Origin: Eledone cirrhosa
Taxonomy: Eukaryota
Reading direction: 5' to 3'
Length of the DNA: 64,000 nucleotides
Assembly: GCA_964016885.1 (NCBI GenBank)
Contig: OZ024740.1
Location: 280,798,001-280,862,000 of the forward strand
Below, in pieces: positions 27,493-41,705 of this stretch (the first letter of the stretch is position 1; the number at the start of each line of letters is the position of its first letter). The notes beneath the pieces were generated by a model. That model had not been told where the DNA came from. It made no database searches and saw only the letters and a program-made list of their open reading frames with translations. The position numbers and the translations under genes were made by a program.

Positions 27493-27557
27493 CGTAGGAG
27501 GTATTGTTTCGTTTTTAGAAAGACCTTTCACGCTGAGGTGCGCTTGTCAAACTGATG
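27493..27557 (-). ncRNA. Degenerate hammerhead-like motif, U3-A8 core
   Basis: TTGACAA gcgc acctca gcgt GAAA ggt..acc TC. Stems II and III are plausible but stem I is poor. Confidence 0.45.
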
Positions 27558-27698
27558 TGTATGTGGTGTGTTGTTCTATATATAGGGATTTAACATGTTT
27601 GTGGTGCGGTGGGGGTTATATATATATATAGTGGTGGAACACGGGAAGGTAATATCCGTAGTGGTAGAGCACTCAGTCCATGGGACTAGTCAGGTAGA

Positions 27699-27843
27699 AG
27701 TGTTTACACAACAGTTAGTTCACCATACCGTAACCGGTACGGTTGTCCTTCCTGTTCCTATAACCATGTCCATTCCGAGCTGAGGATCCGCTAAGTTGAA
27801 ACAATTGTTCTCGGTATGGTGAACTAACTCTTGTGTAACCACT
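27699..27843. repeat. Fold-back (32-bp arms) containing a hammerhead
   Basis: Arms are agtgtttacacaacagttagttcaccataccg and cggtatggtgaactaactcttgtgtaaccact. Confidence 0.8.
27775..27814 (+). ncRNA. Minimal type I hammerhead ribozyme
   Basis: ccgag CTGAGGA tccgctaagtt GAAA caattg TT ctcgg. Stem III is the palindrome ACAATTGT and stem II is weak. Confidence 0.7.
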
Positions 27844-27901
<58 letters not shown>

Positions 27902-27979
27902 TTTGCTCAATGGTTAGAACACTCAGTCGGAATTTTAGAGTTATGAAGTATTTTTAAAGTATTTTTAAAGCTATTATTT

Positions 27980-28850
27980 ACACCACTCACCTCTGTTTAC
28001 AGTTATTTTCTGCGTCATAGATTTCTACCTTTTCTATGTATTTTATAACTACTTAGTGCTTCGATAATTCAATATTTTGTATACAATGTCGTTTGAATAT
28101 ATATTGTGTTCGTATTAGGTATAATCTATTGAAATCTGTGTTTGGATGTTGTATTCTAAATGCAGTCAATATTTTTTCTTATTTTTCTCTCTTTTCCATC
28201 TAGTTCAGAATATTAAAACTTCGCATATTGTGAGATTGATAGACTATTGATGTCAATTATTTCTTTTGCATTTAGTTCAGTTTTAAGTAGTTATCTAATT
28301 CGTCTATAGTATTCCATTATAATGTTTCCATTGTGTTGAACCCTGTCTAGTTCGTTGACTCTTAAGCCTTTGTATGTCTGTGTTTTATCTAATACACTTA
28401 TCTCAGTTTCTCTATTTAACATGATATTAGTGGTTAGTATTTTTGTTGTAGCATTTATACCCTAGTCCATTTCTGTTTAGAGTCCCAAATAATGGTGATA
28501 GAGAGACCCCTTGAAAAGTCCCTCTGTTTATTGGGATGGCTCAGTTTTTATAGTTCCATCCATCGTGTGTATCTGCAGAAATGTTTGCCACTTACTCATC
28601 GCATGTTTGATAAATGTTTCTATTTTTGCTGATACTTTATTCATGGCTAGTGTGTTTAGCCTCAATGTATGAGGAACACTGTCAAACGCCTTTTGGTAGT
28701 CGATCCATGTTGAAGATGCTTTGTTTCTTTTCTTCAGTTTTTGGTTATGGCTTTATTGATTAGCAACTAGTCTTTACAGTCACACGAGCCTTTGCAGCAT
28801 CCTTTCCGTTCTTCTGGAAGCAGATTATTGTTTTTTACCACGTGTTTTGT
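27980..28850 (-). mobile_element. Decayed R4/Dong-like non-LTR reverse transcriptase fragment
   Basis: The minus strand gives WIDYQKAFDSVPH near 28675-28710, with many stops and frameshifts. Confidence 0.65.
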
Positions 28851-28936
28851 CGGTTTCTACGGTACTATTGCAGTTGGTTTTGTTGTTGTTATTGTTATTA
28901 TTAGTAACATTATTATTACCATAGTCACCATCATCA

Positions 28937-28977
<41 letters not shown>

Positions 28978-29097
28978 GAGTTCAAATCCCGCCGAGGTTA
29001 ACTTTGCCTTTCATCCTTACGGGGTCGATAAAATAAAGTACCAGTAATGTACTGTGTAATTGCTGGCCTTGTGCCTAAAGTAGAAACAATTATTATT
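28978..29097 (+). mobile_element. 5'-truncated tRNA-derived SINE
   Basis: gagttcaaatcccgccgagg..agtagaaacaattattatt is preceded by (ATT)n. Confidence 0.85.
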
Positions 29098-32000
29098 GAG
29101 TCTGAACGGACGTCTTTTTGCTCGGTCTCGTAAGTTTATTTATTTAACTGTGAAAAATCATTTATTGAATTTTTTGTTGTTGTGTAAGGCATACAAGCTC
29201 TTGGACTTTGTCCTGTGAAGGGGAAAGAATAATATTTGGGCCTTTTGTCCCAAATATTTGAACTCTTTAAAAAAATTATCGAAAAAAAAAACAAACAAAA
29301 AAACATGGCTGAACCACGCCCCCCCCCCCCCCCCCCCCGCGATATGTCTGCTGTCGTGCGACACGACGTAAAATTTGAGAGGAGCGTTACGGCGAAATTA
29401 ACAGAAATGGATACAACAAACAACACCACAAACAATGTGAACAAAGACAGCAATGATAACAACACTGAGAACTCTAATTTAAAGAAAAAATGACAGTAAC
29501 AGCGACAATGAAAATACAGATAACAGAAAAAATGACAACAAATGCAAGAACATTATCAACACCACTAACATGGAAATAGTGACAACACCAACAGCAACAA
29601 TACCAACTGCACCGAGAACAACGGCGGCACCAAAGACAACAATGATAACAGCGACAGTGATAACAACAACAACACCAACAAGAACAACAACAACAACAAC
29701 AACACCCCCAATGACAACAAGAAGAACACTTTCGCTACGGCAGCAGCCAAAAAGAGGCCATGCTTCAACATGGATCTGGTAAACAAAGATGAAAAGTTGG
29801 CCCAGGCCTGGAAACTCATCAAGCAAGAGCAAACCTGGACCAACTTAACTGTCCCTGTAGAGGCTATTGAGGCAGAGGAGCGCAGAACGGTGCATCTCAG
29901 CACAAACCAAAAGGGCTGCTTTAATTCCACAAGCGGATGTTGAAGTCGTGCTGAGGTGCATCAGAGATGACACCGAATACATAGCGAGGGGCAGACAGTA
30001 CGGCACCATTTCGGTACTGTTTAAGTTAGAAGCCCTCGCTATGAAACACGCTATGACTTCTTGTAAAACCAGCAAGGTCATAATGTACCACTCCGACATG
30101 GGAAAAAGAACGGCTCATCTCCGCATTCCCAGAATCCCACCAGAACTTGACATGTGGTGGCTTCTGGGATGTGTGATTGTGGAGGCGACGGATACCGTCC
30201 CGATAGAAGTGACAAGAACTGCCAGAGAGGACTGGTCCGGGGTTGACCTGGAGATACTTCTCCAGAACAGGCTCGAGAATGTGAAGACAATCCCGGACCA
30301 CATACGCCTTCAGAATGGGACGGTCATCCATATTATGACCGAGGTAAAAGGCCGCATTGTTTTGTTTGTGGGGAAAAAACCCATTTGCGAGCCGTCTGCC
30401 CTCAACTGCTGAAAGATGCAAAGGGTCGAAGGGCTCCACTGCTGCGGACGCCAGGGCGAGGACCACAACCAACACCAGCACCGGCAAAACCACCAGCAAA
30501 AACACCAATAGAAAGACCACCACCAACATTGACCACCCAGGGGGGAAACAAGGAAAGTTGCCAACCCCCCCCCCCCCCCAAAAAAAAATACACACACCAA
30601 TAAAAATATAAACACACACACAGACACACTTACAGACACAGACCCCTCATCTACCAGTAGTGAAGATGAGGGAAAACCCAAATCCCCCAAAATACAAAAA
30701 AGGAAGCACAAAAAGAAAAAAAAAACTCAACAAAGCACAAAATCACCCACTATAAAAAATGCAGACACCACACACGCAAACATCTCCCCAATAACCCCAA
30801 CATCAACACTACCATCACTATCACCAGAATCCCCAAAACGCAAACAACCTAAACAGACGCAAGAACAAATACACACACAAACATCTGAAACCACAGACAC
30901 CGCACTCACAACAAACACAGACACAACCGAAACAACACCATCAAAACCATCACCACTTAAGCCACGCAAACAAATAAATTCACACCAATAAAACATTCAA
31001 AACTTCGTGCTCGTCAGGAGGGCCAACAAGGAACTGATGCCCCTCGTAGCACGAAGTGAAAATGTACAAAAAGAGGGGGACATTTTTAAATCGAGCACAT
31101 TTCGCGTGCCAGAAGATTTGTTTCTGGTGCCAATGTCGCTCGATTTATACAAAGAGATACGAGACAGCTTTCCTCGGGACGTGGGAACCCTGAACGTAAA
31201 ACCCACTTCAAGACCTTTAAAAGGGTTTCCAAAAGAAATGCCACCAACTTTGGAGGTCGAACCACCCGACCTTCACAAGAGCCCGGGGAGGTAAGTAAAC
31301 CTTTCCTCTCTATCTTTTAACCTGCCAACATGGCCGTATTAAGAGTAGGAAGTTTAAATGTTCGAGGTCTGGGATCGTCCTGGAAGCAGGGTCACCTGCT
31401 CAACGAACTCAGGCTACTAGAAATGGATGTAATTGCCGTCAGCGAAACCAGGTTTTCCGACACGCGCGCACGAGCCCCCATTTTCAACGACTATCAGATC
31501 TTTGCATCTGTTAGTCGGCCGGGAATGGGAGGCGAGGTGGCACTGCTGTTTAGGAAAGGCCTGGATCTCGAGGTAAGGTCGATCTTCCGGGACCCGGACG
31601 GGAAGTTGGCTGTCATGGACGTGAACAATAACGAAGGTGGTGCCTTTAGACTGGTGGCCGTCTACGCCCCTACTGGGGCAGGACACCCGGACTTCTTTAG
31701 ACGCCTGGAAGCCTCTCTGTGTACGTCTCGCCCTTTACTGTTAGAGGGGGACTGGAACGGCATCTTAGACGCACGTTGGGACTGTGTGGGAGTATCCGAT
31801 AGGAGGGGGGGGGGGTGCAAAAGCCTCAAGAATCTGATCAGCCAGTTCCAACTGTCTGACAGGTACCGACTAGATTTCCCTAATGCGCCAGTATGGACCT
31901 GGACTAACCGCATAGGGTCATCTAGATCGTATATAGACAGGATATTCATTAGGAAAATAGACAGAAATAGTATAAGCTGTCCACGTTTTAAAACGGTCGC

Positions 32001-34009
32001 CTATTCAGATCACAAGTTTGTGATCTGTATGGTCGACCTAGATGAGACGCGTAGGTTAGGACCTGGTTACTGGAAACTGAACATGTCATTTCCGGCACGT
32101 AAGGCTTACAGGGACCAGGTCAACAATTTAGTTAAGAAAAGGTTGACAGGGGGAGTCGTCAACAATAGATGGTGGGGGGCTCTCAAAAGAGAGATTAGGG
32201 TAATGTCGATAGAGTTTAGCAAAGAAGTAGCGTTAGACAAAAATAGAAAGGAAGGGGAGTTGGTAGATAAGTTAGACGAGGCTATTTGTAGTGGCATTGC
32301 AACTAACGTGCTAGCGCCGATAATGACATTAGACCATTTCTTCAATGCGAAACACGAAGGTTGCATTGTCAGAGCTAAGGCGCGTGCTCTGAGAAACGAG
32401 GGAACCAAAGCTGTTTGATGGGCCCGCGTGGCTGAGGCGCAGCGGGGTAATAAAACCACGATTCGGTCTTCGACGGACCGAGATGAACACGAGCTGAGCG
32501 ATTCCAAGCGGATGTGTGAGGCCTTTCGCCAACATTTTGCTCGGTTGTTCAGGGGAAGTGGCGGGTGAGAGACGGTGGCGGACTTCAGTCCCTATCTCGA
32601 TGGCTTGCCGCAACTCTCGACGGCCGACGCTGAGCGCTGCGAAAGGCCGATTACTTCAGCCGAGATTCAGGATGCCTTTGTCGGCGCAAGTCACTCATTT
32701 TGGATGTTCTGCCCTTCGAGCTTTACGTAAATATGCCCGACTTGTTCTCCAATCTCTTCGAAGCGCTCTACTACAACTGGCAGCAGAACGGGAGCATTCC
32801 CAGTTCTGTGTGCCGGGGCGTAGTGACGCTGATAAGGAAAGACGAGAACAAGAGGGACACGACACATTAGACAATTTCAGGCCCATAACTTTGCCAACAC
32901 AGAGTTTAAGATTTTGGCGAGGGTGATAGCGAAATTTCTTGTGGAGGGCTCAGGTTCCGTTGGTGAGGCGGTCCATCTGCTGCCAGCACCCTCTACGTGG
33001 AGGGCTTGGCATGCCGTGGCTAATGATGCGAAGACACGTGCTGCGGCTGCGGCATCTCCAGATATTCTGCCTAAACGGTGAACAGGTACGGTCGCCGTTT
33101 GTCAGACGGGCCTTTCTGCAGCTCGTCTCTTTGACTGAGCTGCAGTCCTGGGTCAAGAAGAGACCGAGACTGGGTGACTGGCATCTGGAATGTTGCCAGG
33201 CACTCACTGCCCTCTACCAGGCGGGCAATGCGGTCAGTGGAACTTCCACTCTCGAGTTCTATTGAGGATTAGTGGTGGGCAAGAGCGACGACGCATTTGG
33301 AGAGGCTCTGGGAGTCGACGAAGTCGATCTAACCAGTCTGTTCAGGACTTTCCTGCCGGGACGATGGATAATTTCCAAAATTCCTGCACGCACTCGTCCA
33401 GTGTCCGTGCATTACTGACTTGTGGAGTTATGTCAAACAGCTGTTGTCGCGTGTAGAACGGATCCGGCTATCGGTCGAGTCCATAGGGAAGATCGACCCG
33501 CCGCCTTCTTTTGGCCAGGAAGGGCAGGCAATTTTCCTCTGTCTGGTGGCAGTAGCGAAAGAGGTTGTATGGTGGACGAGGTTGAAAGGACTAAAGACAG
33601 ACACTTTTCTCTTCGGCCAATCCCTCATCAACTTTTTCAAGTTTCACTTGGAAAGGAAGGTGGGGGTGGAGAGAGAAGTGCTTTACCCCAGTACATTTAC
33701 TGAAAGGTGGGTGAATGTGGCGAGAATGGCCGGTGTGAGTGGGCCTACTCTGGTCATGCGCCAGCAGGTGGGTAAATTTGAGGAGGAGAGTGGTGCCCTT
33801 CCAGGGTGCTCTCGAAGCGTCGGGTCGTTCAGGATTGGTGGGGTACCCTGGGTGGTCATCCCCCCTATTGGGGAATTCTTCTTGTATTTTTCTTGTTACT
33901 TAGTTATTGTTATTCATATTGTTTACTCGATTTTTCTGTAAACCCCCCACTGTCCCACTCTTTTGTATTGTCCTCTATATGTCGCCCCTTGTGGCCAATA
34001 AATGAACTC
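29098..34009 (+). mobile_element. Tx1/L1-like LINE with both ends present and most of the RT deleted
   Basis: It has a 5' UTR, a frameshifted Thr/Asn-rich ORF1 (~29304-31294), an ORF2 APE domain, and an aataaa near the 3' end. ATTATTATT flanks both sides. Confidence 0.85.
31330..33770 (+). pseudogene. LINE ORF2: AP-endonuclease intact to 32418, RT start (NFRPITL), then internal deletion to C-terminal region
   Basis: Motifs are SLNVRGL, VSETR, AVYAP, GDWN, YIDRIF, SDH and GPGYWKLN, plus a C-terminal KEVVWWTR. Confidence 0.9.
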
Positions 34010-34236
34010 ATTATTATTATTTTTATTGGCATTGTCATTAAAAACGATAACTGAACCATGGAATTCCAAATTTCTGACGCAAAATTTACAACAAAATTCT
34101 ATGCTTAATCACATGATCATCAATATGTGGTGCACAAACTAAAAGAAATTATACACTTCATCAAGTGATCAACCTTAGCCAATCATATTGTATTTTAAAC
34201 AGATAGGAATCTGAGTCACATTTTTGCATAAAACGT

Positions 34237-34288
34237 GAAAGATGTGTAGCTATACTGTGACATATCACAGTATGGCTACACATCTTTC
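34237..34288. repeat. 24-bp-arm hairpin immediately upstream of a hammerhead
   Basis: gaaagatgtgtagctatactgtga cata tcacagtatggctacacatctttc. Confidence 0.85.
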
Positions 34289-34297
34289 CGTCTCACT

Positions 34298-34339
34298 TAA
34301 CTTTTGAAAAATGATGTAACTCTGAAACCGGTAAAGTTA
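34298..34339 (+). ncRNA. Minimal hammerhead ribozyme, U3-A8 core variant
   Basis: taactt TTGAAAA atgatgtaactct GAAA ccgg TA aagtta. Stem I is 6 bp, stem III is the palindrome ACCGGT, and stem II is weak. Confidence 0.65.
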
Positions 34340-34388
34340 TTGTAAATAAACCTTAAAGAATCCAATTGAATTTTCAATTCCTTTTCCT

Positions 34389-34459
<71 letters not shown>

Positions 34460-35196
34460 GTTCAGTAATTAATTTGGTATATTAGTTAAAACCACACAGT
34501 TAAATTATCTTCTCGTAGACATCAGTCAGTGACTTTACAATTCATAACAGCCTGATTATATTTATTTTATATTATGTCTCATGCCTGTGGGCATGAGCAA
34601 CACAATAGTCTATTATTTATCGATTACTAACCCGTGGCATTGTGTCTCGTTACAACAATTTGTTATTTAATATACATATGTTATGTGTACTCAATGATTT
34701 TAATATGATGAAGAAACGTAGAAATTCAATTAAATATTCTGATACAACAAGCAACATTTTAATAAGTGTTCTCGTTTGTTTCTAACTAAGCTTAGTTTGA
34801 AAACTTACATAAGTGATTCGGTCTGGAAAATGATAACTGAAGAAACACTTAAAATAAATATTTAACTGTAAACAGATTCCTTTCAATAATATAAACAGAC
34901 CAGCAGCAAATATACCAACCAGAATAAATATGTAGAGAGACAGTATTATTAATCAATTCAACAACTCTGAAGTGTTTCGTATCATCCACGTCAGTAACGT
35001 TTCATAGTAACTGACATATTCTTTTCCTGTAGCCACTAGTCATTTTATCAGCTATGCCAAATGTGAAGTAGCCGTAAAGAATGTGAAAATAGTTGTTCCT
35101 GCCTACTTCACAAAATATCTAATGATATCATCTTGAAGAGAAGATGGGGCCCTGATGTCACGTTTGACATAACTATCAACGGCCCAAAGCATGCTC

Positions 35197-35229
<33 letters not shown>

Positions 35230-35262
35230 ATACTGCTACCACTGCTGCTACTACTACTACTA

Positions 35263-35301
<39 letters not shown>

Positions 35302-35448
35302 ATTTCTTTGGCAAATAGCTAGTCATTTGGAGAGAGAGGAAAGTCGATTAACCATTTTGATATCAAATCGCCACAAACCGAATAAAGTTCTATGAAACAA
35401 AACGTTCTTCTTCTTCTTCTTCTTCTTCTTCTTCTTCTTCTTCTTCTT

Positions 35449-35479
<31 letters not shown>

Positions 35480-36020
35480 AAGGAAGGTGGGGAAGAGACA
35501 TCAAACACTCCTTCCAGCGGCTCCTGACTGAGGCAATTTCCAATTCATTCGGCTGGATTCCCAAGCAAAACTAATTGGTTTTGCCCATAAAATCTGTCCA
35601 GCGATTCTTTCCTGAGACATTCTAACCACATAACTAAATGCTCGTAGTAACGGAGCTGTGATCTCTCAATTCGGGGAACCCCGCGATGGTATTATTCCGG
35701 TCATTACCCAAGATACATTACCTTAGGTAAGGGTTGGCATGAGCACCGAATTGAAGATGGGGAGCTTGGGTTGTACTCCTACCTCCTTTCTTCTGATTAC
35801 TGAATGCTGAAGCTGATGTATTACAACACCAGCTCCTGCAATTCTTGCTTCCTGATTTCCACCACGTGTGAACACGGCTCCGATATAACTGAACTTCTCC
35901 ACTTGCTTCCGTAAAACTCTTCTGACATGTAGAATGCACTGCTCAGGTCTCCTTGAGAGGTCACGTGCCTGAATCTTCGCAGCACTAATTTTCACTCTAG
36001 TCGGGCAACACTCGGCATAA
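35480..36020 (-). mobile_element. Decayed RTE-like LINE 3' fragment ending in (GAA)n
   Basis: Remnants are LRKQVEKFSYIGAVF and IFNSVLMPTLT. A (CTT)n run lies at 35405-35478. Confidence 0.65.
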
Positions 36021-37054
36021 AACCTATATTAAAAAATCTTCCTACAAAAGAGTCTTCCTACATAAGAGCCTTCAATTAAACTATGTTACTAATGCTATCT
36101 TAATAATGGTTTTTAATTTAAGCTCAAGACCCGTAATCTCAGAGAGAAGACAGTCGATTATATTGATATAAGTATATAGTTGGTGCGTTTTTATTGACCC
36201 CAGAAGAATGAAAAGCAAAGTTAACCAGAGTGGGATTAGATCTAAGAACGTAAAGACCTAGAACAGATTATTTCTCCGACATTCTATCAAATCTGAAGTC
36301 CTCAGAAGATAGCTATATTCCTCCGAGATGTGATAGAAACTGTTAAAAAAAACTCCATAAATCAACAATAGTCAATATGTGTATTTTCAATGGTTTGGTC
36401 TTTTTGCGTGTATCTCGGACAGGCCAAGCTGATATTTCTGTGTCTTTAGTGTATATTTACAGTGATTCTTTTCCCCCATGCTAAAATCCTATCAGAATAG
36501 TCTAACCAGTCAGTTACAATCGAAACCTAGTGTATCTGCAAGAACGCAGTTGCTCTGCTTCATTACTAGTCCTCTAGAGAATGCAAATGTGAAATGTCAC
36601 CAGGTGCATTGTCTGACTGTCAGAGAACTGTGCGTGAGCCTGACAATATTTCAGATACAAGGCACCTAACCTCGCTTTTTGTTACTTTGCAAATCCAACC
36701 AGATGTGTATCAACATCTTTATTTCTTGCAGCAATGGTACAACAACCATTCCACATTGGATTGATGAAATGACACTTTGACCGATCGAATATGTGAATTG
36801 AAGCACCAAGTGATTAGAAAATCGATGCACTGAAAACCGCCGCTAAGTATCAATTATTGACCCTATCGAAAGACAGAAAACAGTTTTCTGTTTTGTCTAT
36901 GTTACTTTTCTAACTATTTTATTAGCTTTACATTACTCTTTACTATGTATATTTTGTTATGGGCGTTTTATAGTAGATTACCCCATCTCTGTGGAGTCAT
37001 GATAAATATAATCTAAATCAGATTTTGGGGGATGTATTAAAAATGCAGATATTA

Positions 37055-37235
37055 ATTTAGTATCGGTAGAGGGTCGGACGCCATGCGTTGCAGTAAAGAG
37101 TTACGCTCGTTTACGGTCTGAGTTCAAATCCCGCCGACGTTAACTTTGCCTTCATCCTTACGGGGTTGATGAAATAAAGTACCATTAATGCACTGGGTAA
37201 TTGCTGGCCTTGCGCCAAAAATAGAAACAATTATT
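37055..37235 (+). mobile_element. tRNA-derived SINE
   Basis: It has the same body as 42720-42920. Confidence 0.8.
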
Positions 37236-37749
37236 TTCTTGTTCTTCTGTCCAATATTAAAATCCCGGGACAGCTTGAGTATTGATGCCTACCACTATTA
37301 CTTTCACATTTACATGTGTTAAGTATTAATTTAATGCGTCAATAATATTCATTCCTAACGTTTTCTGTCATTTGAATATATTACACATTGTCTATTGAAG
37401 ATGGCTTTTATTAAAGACAACTATTTAAAAGAGAATACGCTAGTTTTATATACGAACTAGCGCTAGAAAACAAGAGGTTGGTTAAGAAGCCTGTAGGTCT
37501 CGACGAACCCGTCGATGTGAAATTCGAAGAGTATTGTGTTCTTTAGAAACAATGAAACAAAATTCATTTGGTTACCACGCGTACCCACAAATACGCATTT
37601 CGGTATTCGACAGACCACATTTGCGCGTGTTATCTGGTTCAAGGAAGTGAGTGGTTGATATTAAGAACGTTACCAAACTGTTTGTGAGGAGCGATGGACA
37701 AGACCGATAATGGTTTTAAAACTTTCCATTTTCTTTCAGACAATGTGAT

Positions 37750-38650
37750 AGTCAAAATCGTTCAAGATATGTATTCGCGGACGTCTACTTTTACTATGAT
37801 TCCCTTGTCTGTTTGGACTGACGTGTCTTAGGGCGTTATGCTCAGATCAGTGTTATGCAACATCTTTAGTAGATCATTGTACTGGTTAAATAGTCAACAC
37901 TTGATGCTACCTTGTTCTTTTACTATTTCATTTTTGTGGTAGTTTGTGGTTAGATATTGATCTGTTTTTTAGCTAAAATCAGACCATCTGTTTCTGCTTT
38001 TAGTCCAGAGCTGTTGAGACATGCTGTGTTTCATTTTGATTCCATCTCTCTCAATATATTCTTCTGGGTATAGTATTTATTTGATTTTTGTGTGTTCTCC
38101 ATAAATATATTTCAGAATTCCATTTTGTTTTCGTCTTTTAATTCTCTGTCGTTTTGTCTTTGCGTAATTCTTTTTTTCTCGGTGTAATTAGTTTCCAGTT
38201 GGTGTTTATCATTTATTTCTGAATAGAAATGCATTTTTGTTTTTTTAAATATTTCCTTATTAATCTTAGCTGAACTATAGATAAAAGTATATTCGCTTTT
38301 TTAAAGGTTTCCTTATTACTGTTATCAGTCTCTCATTGATGGCTTCTAAGTATTTTTTTAGTCGCACTGTTCTTATTTTGTAGTAGCTTTCTATTTGTAT
38401 CATACCCGTGCACCTATAATATCGAAATGTGATAGCTTGTGAATTTTTATCTATTGTCTTAATTCTAACACTGAATATAATTTTTAATTTTAGACCTTTC
38501 TTTAATATTGTTTCTCTTTCATTTCTTTTGTTTTTATTTTATTAGTTTCATCTAATCCTAACCATTTTTATGGGTGGATTCAGTTTAATTCTCTCATTTC
38601 AGTGTATATATCTAGTGCAATGTTCTCAATTTACTTTTTCGTATAGTTGC
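37750..38650 (-). mobile_element. Highly decayed R4/Dong-like LINE fragment
   Basis: The minus strand is A-rich and coding-like, resembling the region downstream of the RT in the 28-kb fragment. There is no clean ORF. Confidence 0.35.
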
Positions 38651-40362
38651 TGTGGCATATTTATCTGTGGGCTGTTGAATTTTTATGCATTGTCTGAATT
38701 TACGAACAATATTATCAAGATTTTTCAACTCGGTATTATCCTTTTAATTTATAAAGGCGATGATGTATAATTTATCCTAGCCTCCACATTCTAGTATGGA
38801 GTAATAAAAAATGTTTGTTGATGAAGTCGGAATTAAGCAAGAGAACAGAGGGAATGATGAGTCTCACCTATTCTGGAGTGATAAATTTCGTTAGTATTGG
38901 AGCCGTAGATTTCTATTCTTAGTTGTTGGTTGATGCAGGTGAATATACATACATTTCTCAATACGAATGTCAGCAAAAAACATCTTGTAACAGCGTGTAT
39001 ATTTGCTATTTCTATCTATATACAATATATTTCTGTCTTTGTTGCAGAGAGACGAGATGTTTCTATTTTTTCCCACTTGGCTGTTTATATCTAGAAATGG
39101 AGACGTCATAATTTTATGAATTTATTTATACTTGTCTGGATATTGAAATTTAGCACAGAGTTGCTTACTGTGTATTCCGTTAATATCTCGAAATCTATTT
39201 CACAATGAAAATGAAAGCTTTCCAGTAAAGGATGTTGGTTGAAAAAATAAAATACATACACCAATCGAATGTATAATCTGCGACAATGAAAGGAAAATAC
39301 GAATGTATTACCGCGGCGAACCGAATCCATTCATTACGTTAACACAAAAATCACAACTTTAAACCGAAAATAAAGAGACGACAGTATGTTATTTTCATAT
39401 AATCTTATTACTTTTGATATACTTCATATGTTCTGCTTACGTGCATGAATATCGTGAATCCTGTAATTACCTCTGTTGTGTGTAAACAACTAAAGAGTTC
39501 GTTTGCACAGAATATATCTTAAGCATGTTACATCACTGGAGCTAAACGTTATCGAGATATAAATTTGAGCAACTTCCTACTATCCGTCCGTTAAAAATGT
39601 GTGTGTTTGTGTGAATGTATGTGTATGCAAATAGAAGGAACGGGATGGTGACTCTGTGTGTGAGTGTATGTGTGTGATTGTGTAAATGTATGTGTGTGTG
39701 TCATTGTGTGAATGTATGTGTGTGTTTGTGTGAATGTATGTCAGTGAGTGTGTATTTTTGTGTGTCTGTGTTTGCGCGTTTATATTTATATACTCATACA
39801 TATAAATGTATATGTGAGTCCATGTATATATATGTATATGCATACATATACATACACGAACACACATATACACATACGCGTCAGTGTATTGAAATAAAAT
39901 TCTAGTTCTTCAAAATATACTTACTGTATCATTGACAGAATAAGAATTGCTATGAAATAATAATTGTTCTGACGTAGGGTAGTTTCTGAAACATTGGTTA
40001 TAATTCCAGATGTACCAGAAATTTCATTGCAACAATTAATTTCAAGTGTAGTTTAGAAGCCTTTCAACAATTTTTGTAACGGCTGGTACATAACAGATGA
40101 TGTATTTCGGTTTATAAATAGATTGTCTAATGTATATGTATGCGAAAGAATAGTTCGGATAGAAATATTTTATTAGGTTATAGCTTTAATATTCACAAGC
40201 ATATTGTGTAATATAATGAAATTTGATATACTTGGTTCTTTGCCTATTCTGACTCGCCAATAGCCGACATCTAATAAATGATCACATTTCTGCACGATAT
40301 ATTCAAATCTAATGTAATTCATATGTTTCTTGAGAAAAAAACATTTACGTAGATGATTTAAA

Positions 40363-40476
40363 TAGAAGAAAAAGAAGAAGAAGAAGAAGAAGAAGAAGAA
40401 GAAGAAGAAGAAGAAGAAGAAGAAGAAGAAGAAGAAGAAGAAGAAGAAGAAGAAGAAGAAGAAGAAGAAGAAGAAA
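40363..40476. repeat. (GAA)n microsatellite
   Basis: Directly visible trinucleotide run. Confidence 0.95.
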
Positions 40477-41526
40477 GATATTTTTCATTTTAACAAGATC
40501 AATTATCAGAAATATATTTCTAATAAAATTATCAAAAGTTACTTTAATTTAAAGATATTACTGATGTATGAATGAAACTAAATTCAGTTTAGTTATTTTT
40601 ATCACGGAAAATATTTTATAAAGAGACATCTACTTCCTCATATACTCAAATCTTGTTCATTCCTACTACTTGTTTATATATTTATTATCAAGGATTTTGT
40701 TTCAGTTTAAGATTGAATACATCTTAAACTGATGCAAAAATGTTTCTCCAATTATCTTGCTGAACTTTGAAACTCTGAAAGAAATTGCTCACAGCTTTTA
40801 GTTGTGAACAATGATCGGCGTAATATATCTTTCTCGGTGATTTTTGTTATATTCTATCAGTTCAATTTGTTTACAATTTGTGTGCTATTCTTCTGTAATA
40901 AACTAGTACTCTTAAATTCTTTATAAGTTTAATATGTTTTTTAATGACCTTTCTCTATCTAATTTCGATTCCTGCTGTGAAATGTAATACTTTTTAAATG
41001 TTTGTTGTTGTACATTTACAATTAACCTTTGGAAGAGCGTCGAATATGTTTGTCCAATAATACTGATTACAAACAGCTTTCACGTATTGTAATTGAATTT
41101 TCTAAACCCAACATCAACATGTTCGTGGGATTACCGGCTTTAATTTGAGAATTTGGCTAATTTTAGTATTTTTGAGCGTATAATTTGTTATTAGCTTCTT
41201 ATTTCCTCTCATGGCGTTTGTGTTCTAATTCATGAAACTTTTAAAAAATACATTCATGTGTGTTCTATAGTTTGTATTCATTTGCTTCATGTACTAGACT
41301 TGTTTATTTCTGTGTTGTGGATGATGCATCTATTTCCTTGGATTTATATTAGTACACTATCTTGGTCGAATACCCTTCATCAACAAAAGCAATCAGGTAG
41401 AAATATATAATTATAAATTATTGATATTTAAACACCTACTGACAAAATTTCAAGCCTGCACATAGAAAATTAAGAAAATTACAAACAGATAAAATTGATA
41501 AGCCTCTTGAGTACGATTAACTGAAA

Positions 41527-41705
41527 ATAATTGTTTCTACTTTAGGCACAAGGCCAGCAAATCCCAGTGCATTACTGGTACTTTATTTTATCGACCCCGT
41601 AAGGATGAAAGGCAAAGTCAACCTCGGCGGGATTTGAACTCAGATCGTAAAGGGACGTAACTATGCTGGAAAGCATGGCGTCCGACCCTCTACCGATACT
41701 GCCAA
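41527..41705 (-). mobile_element. tRNA-derived SINE
   Basis: It is the reverse complement of the family consensus seen at 42720. Confidence 0.85.

Noticed and set aside
40553-40600. CTGATGT..GAAA ctaaat tca gtttag TT
   Set aside because: The core has a mismatch and there is no stem I, so it is likely chance in AT-rich DNA.
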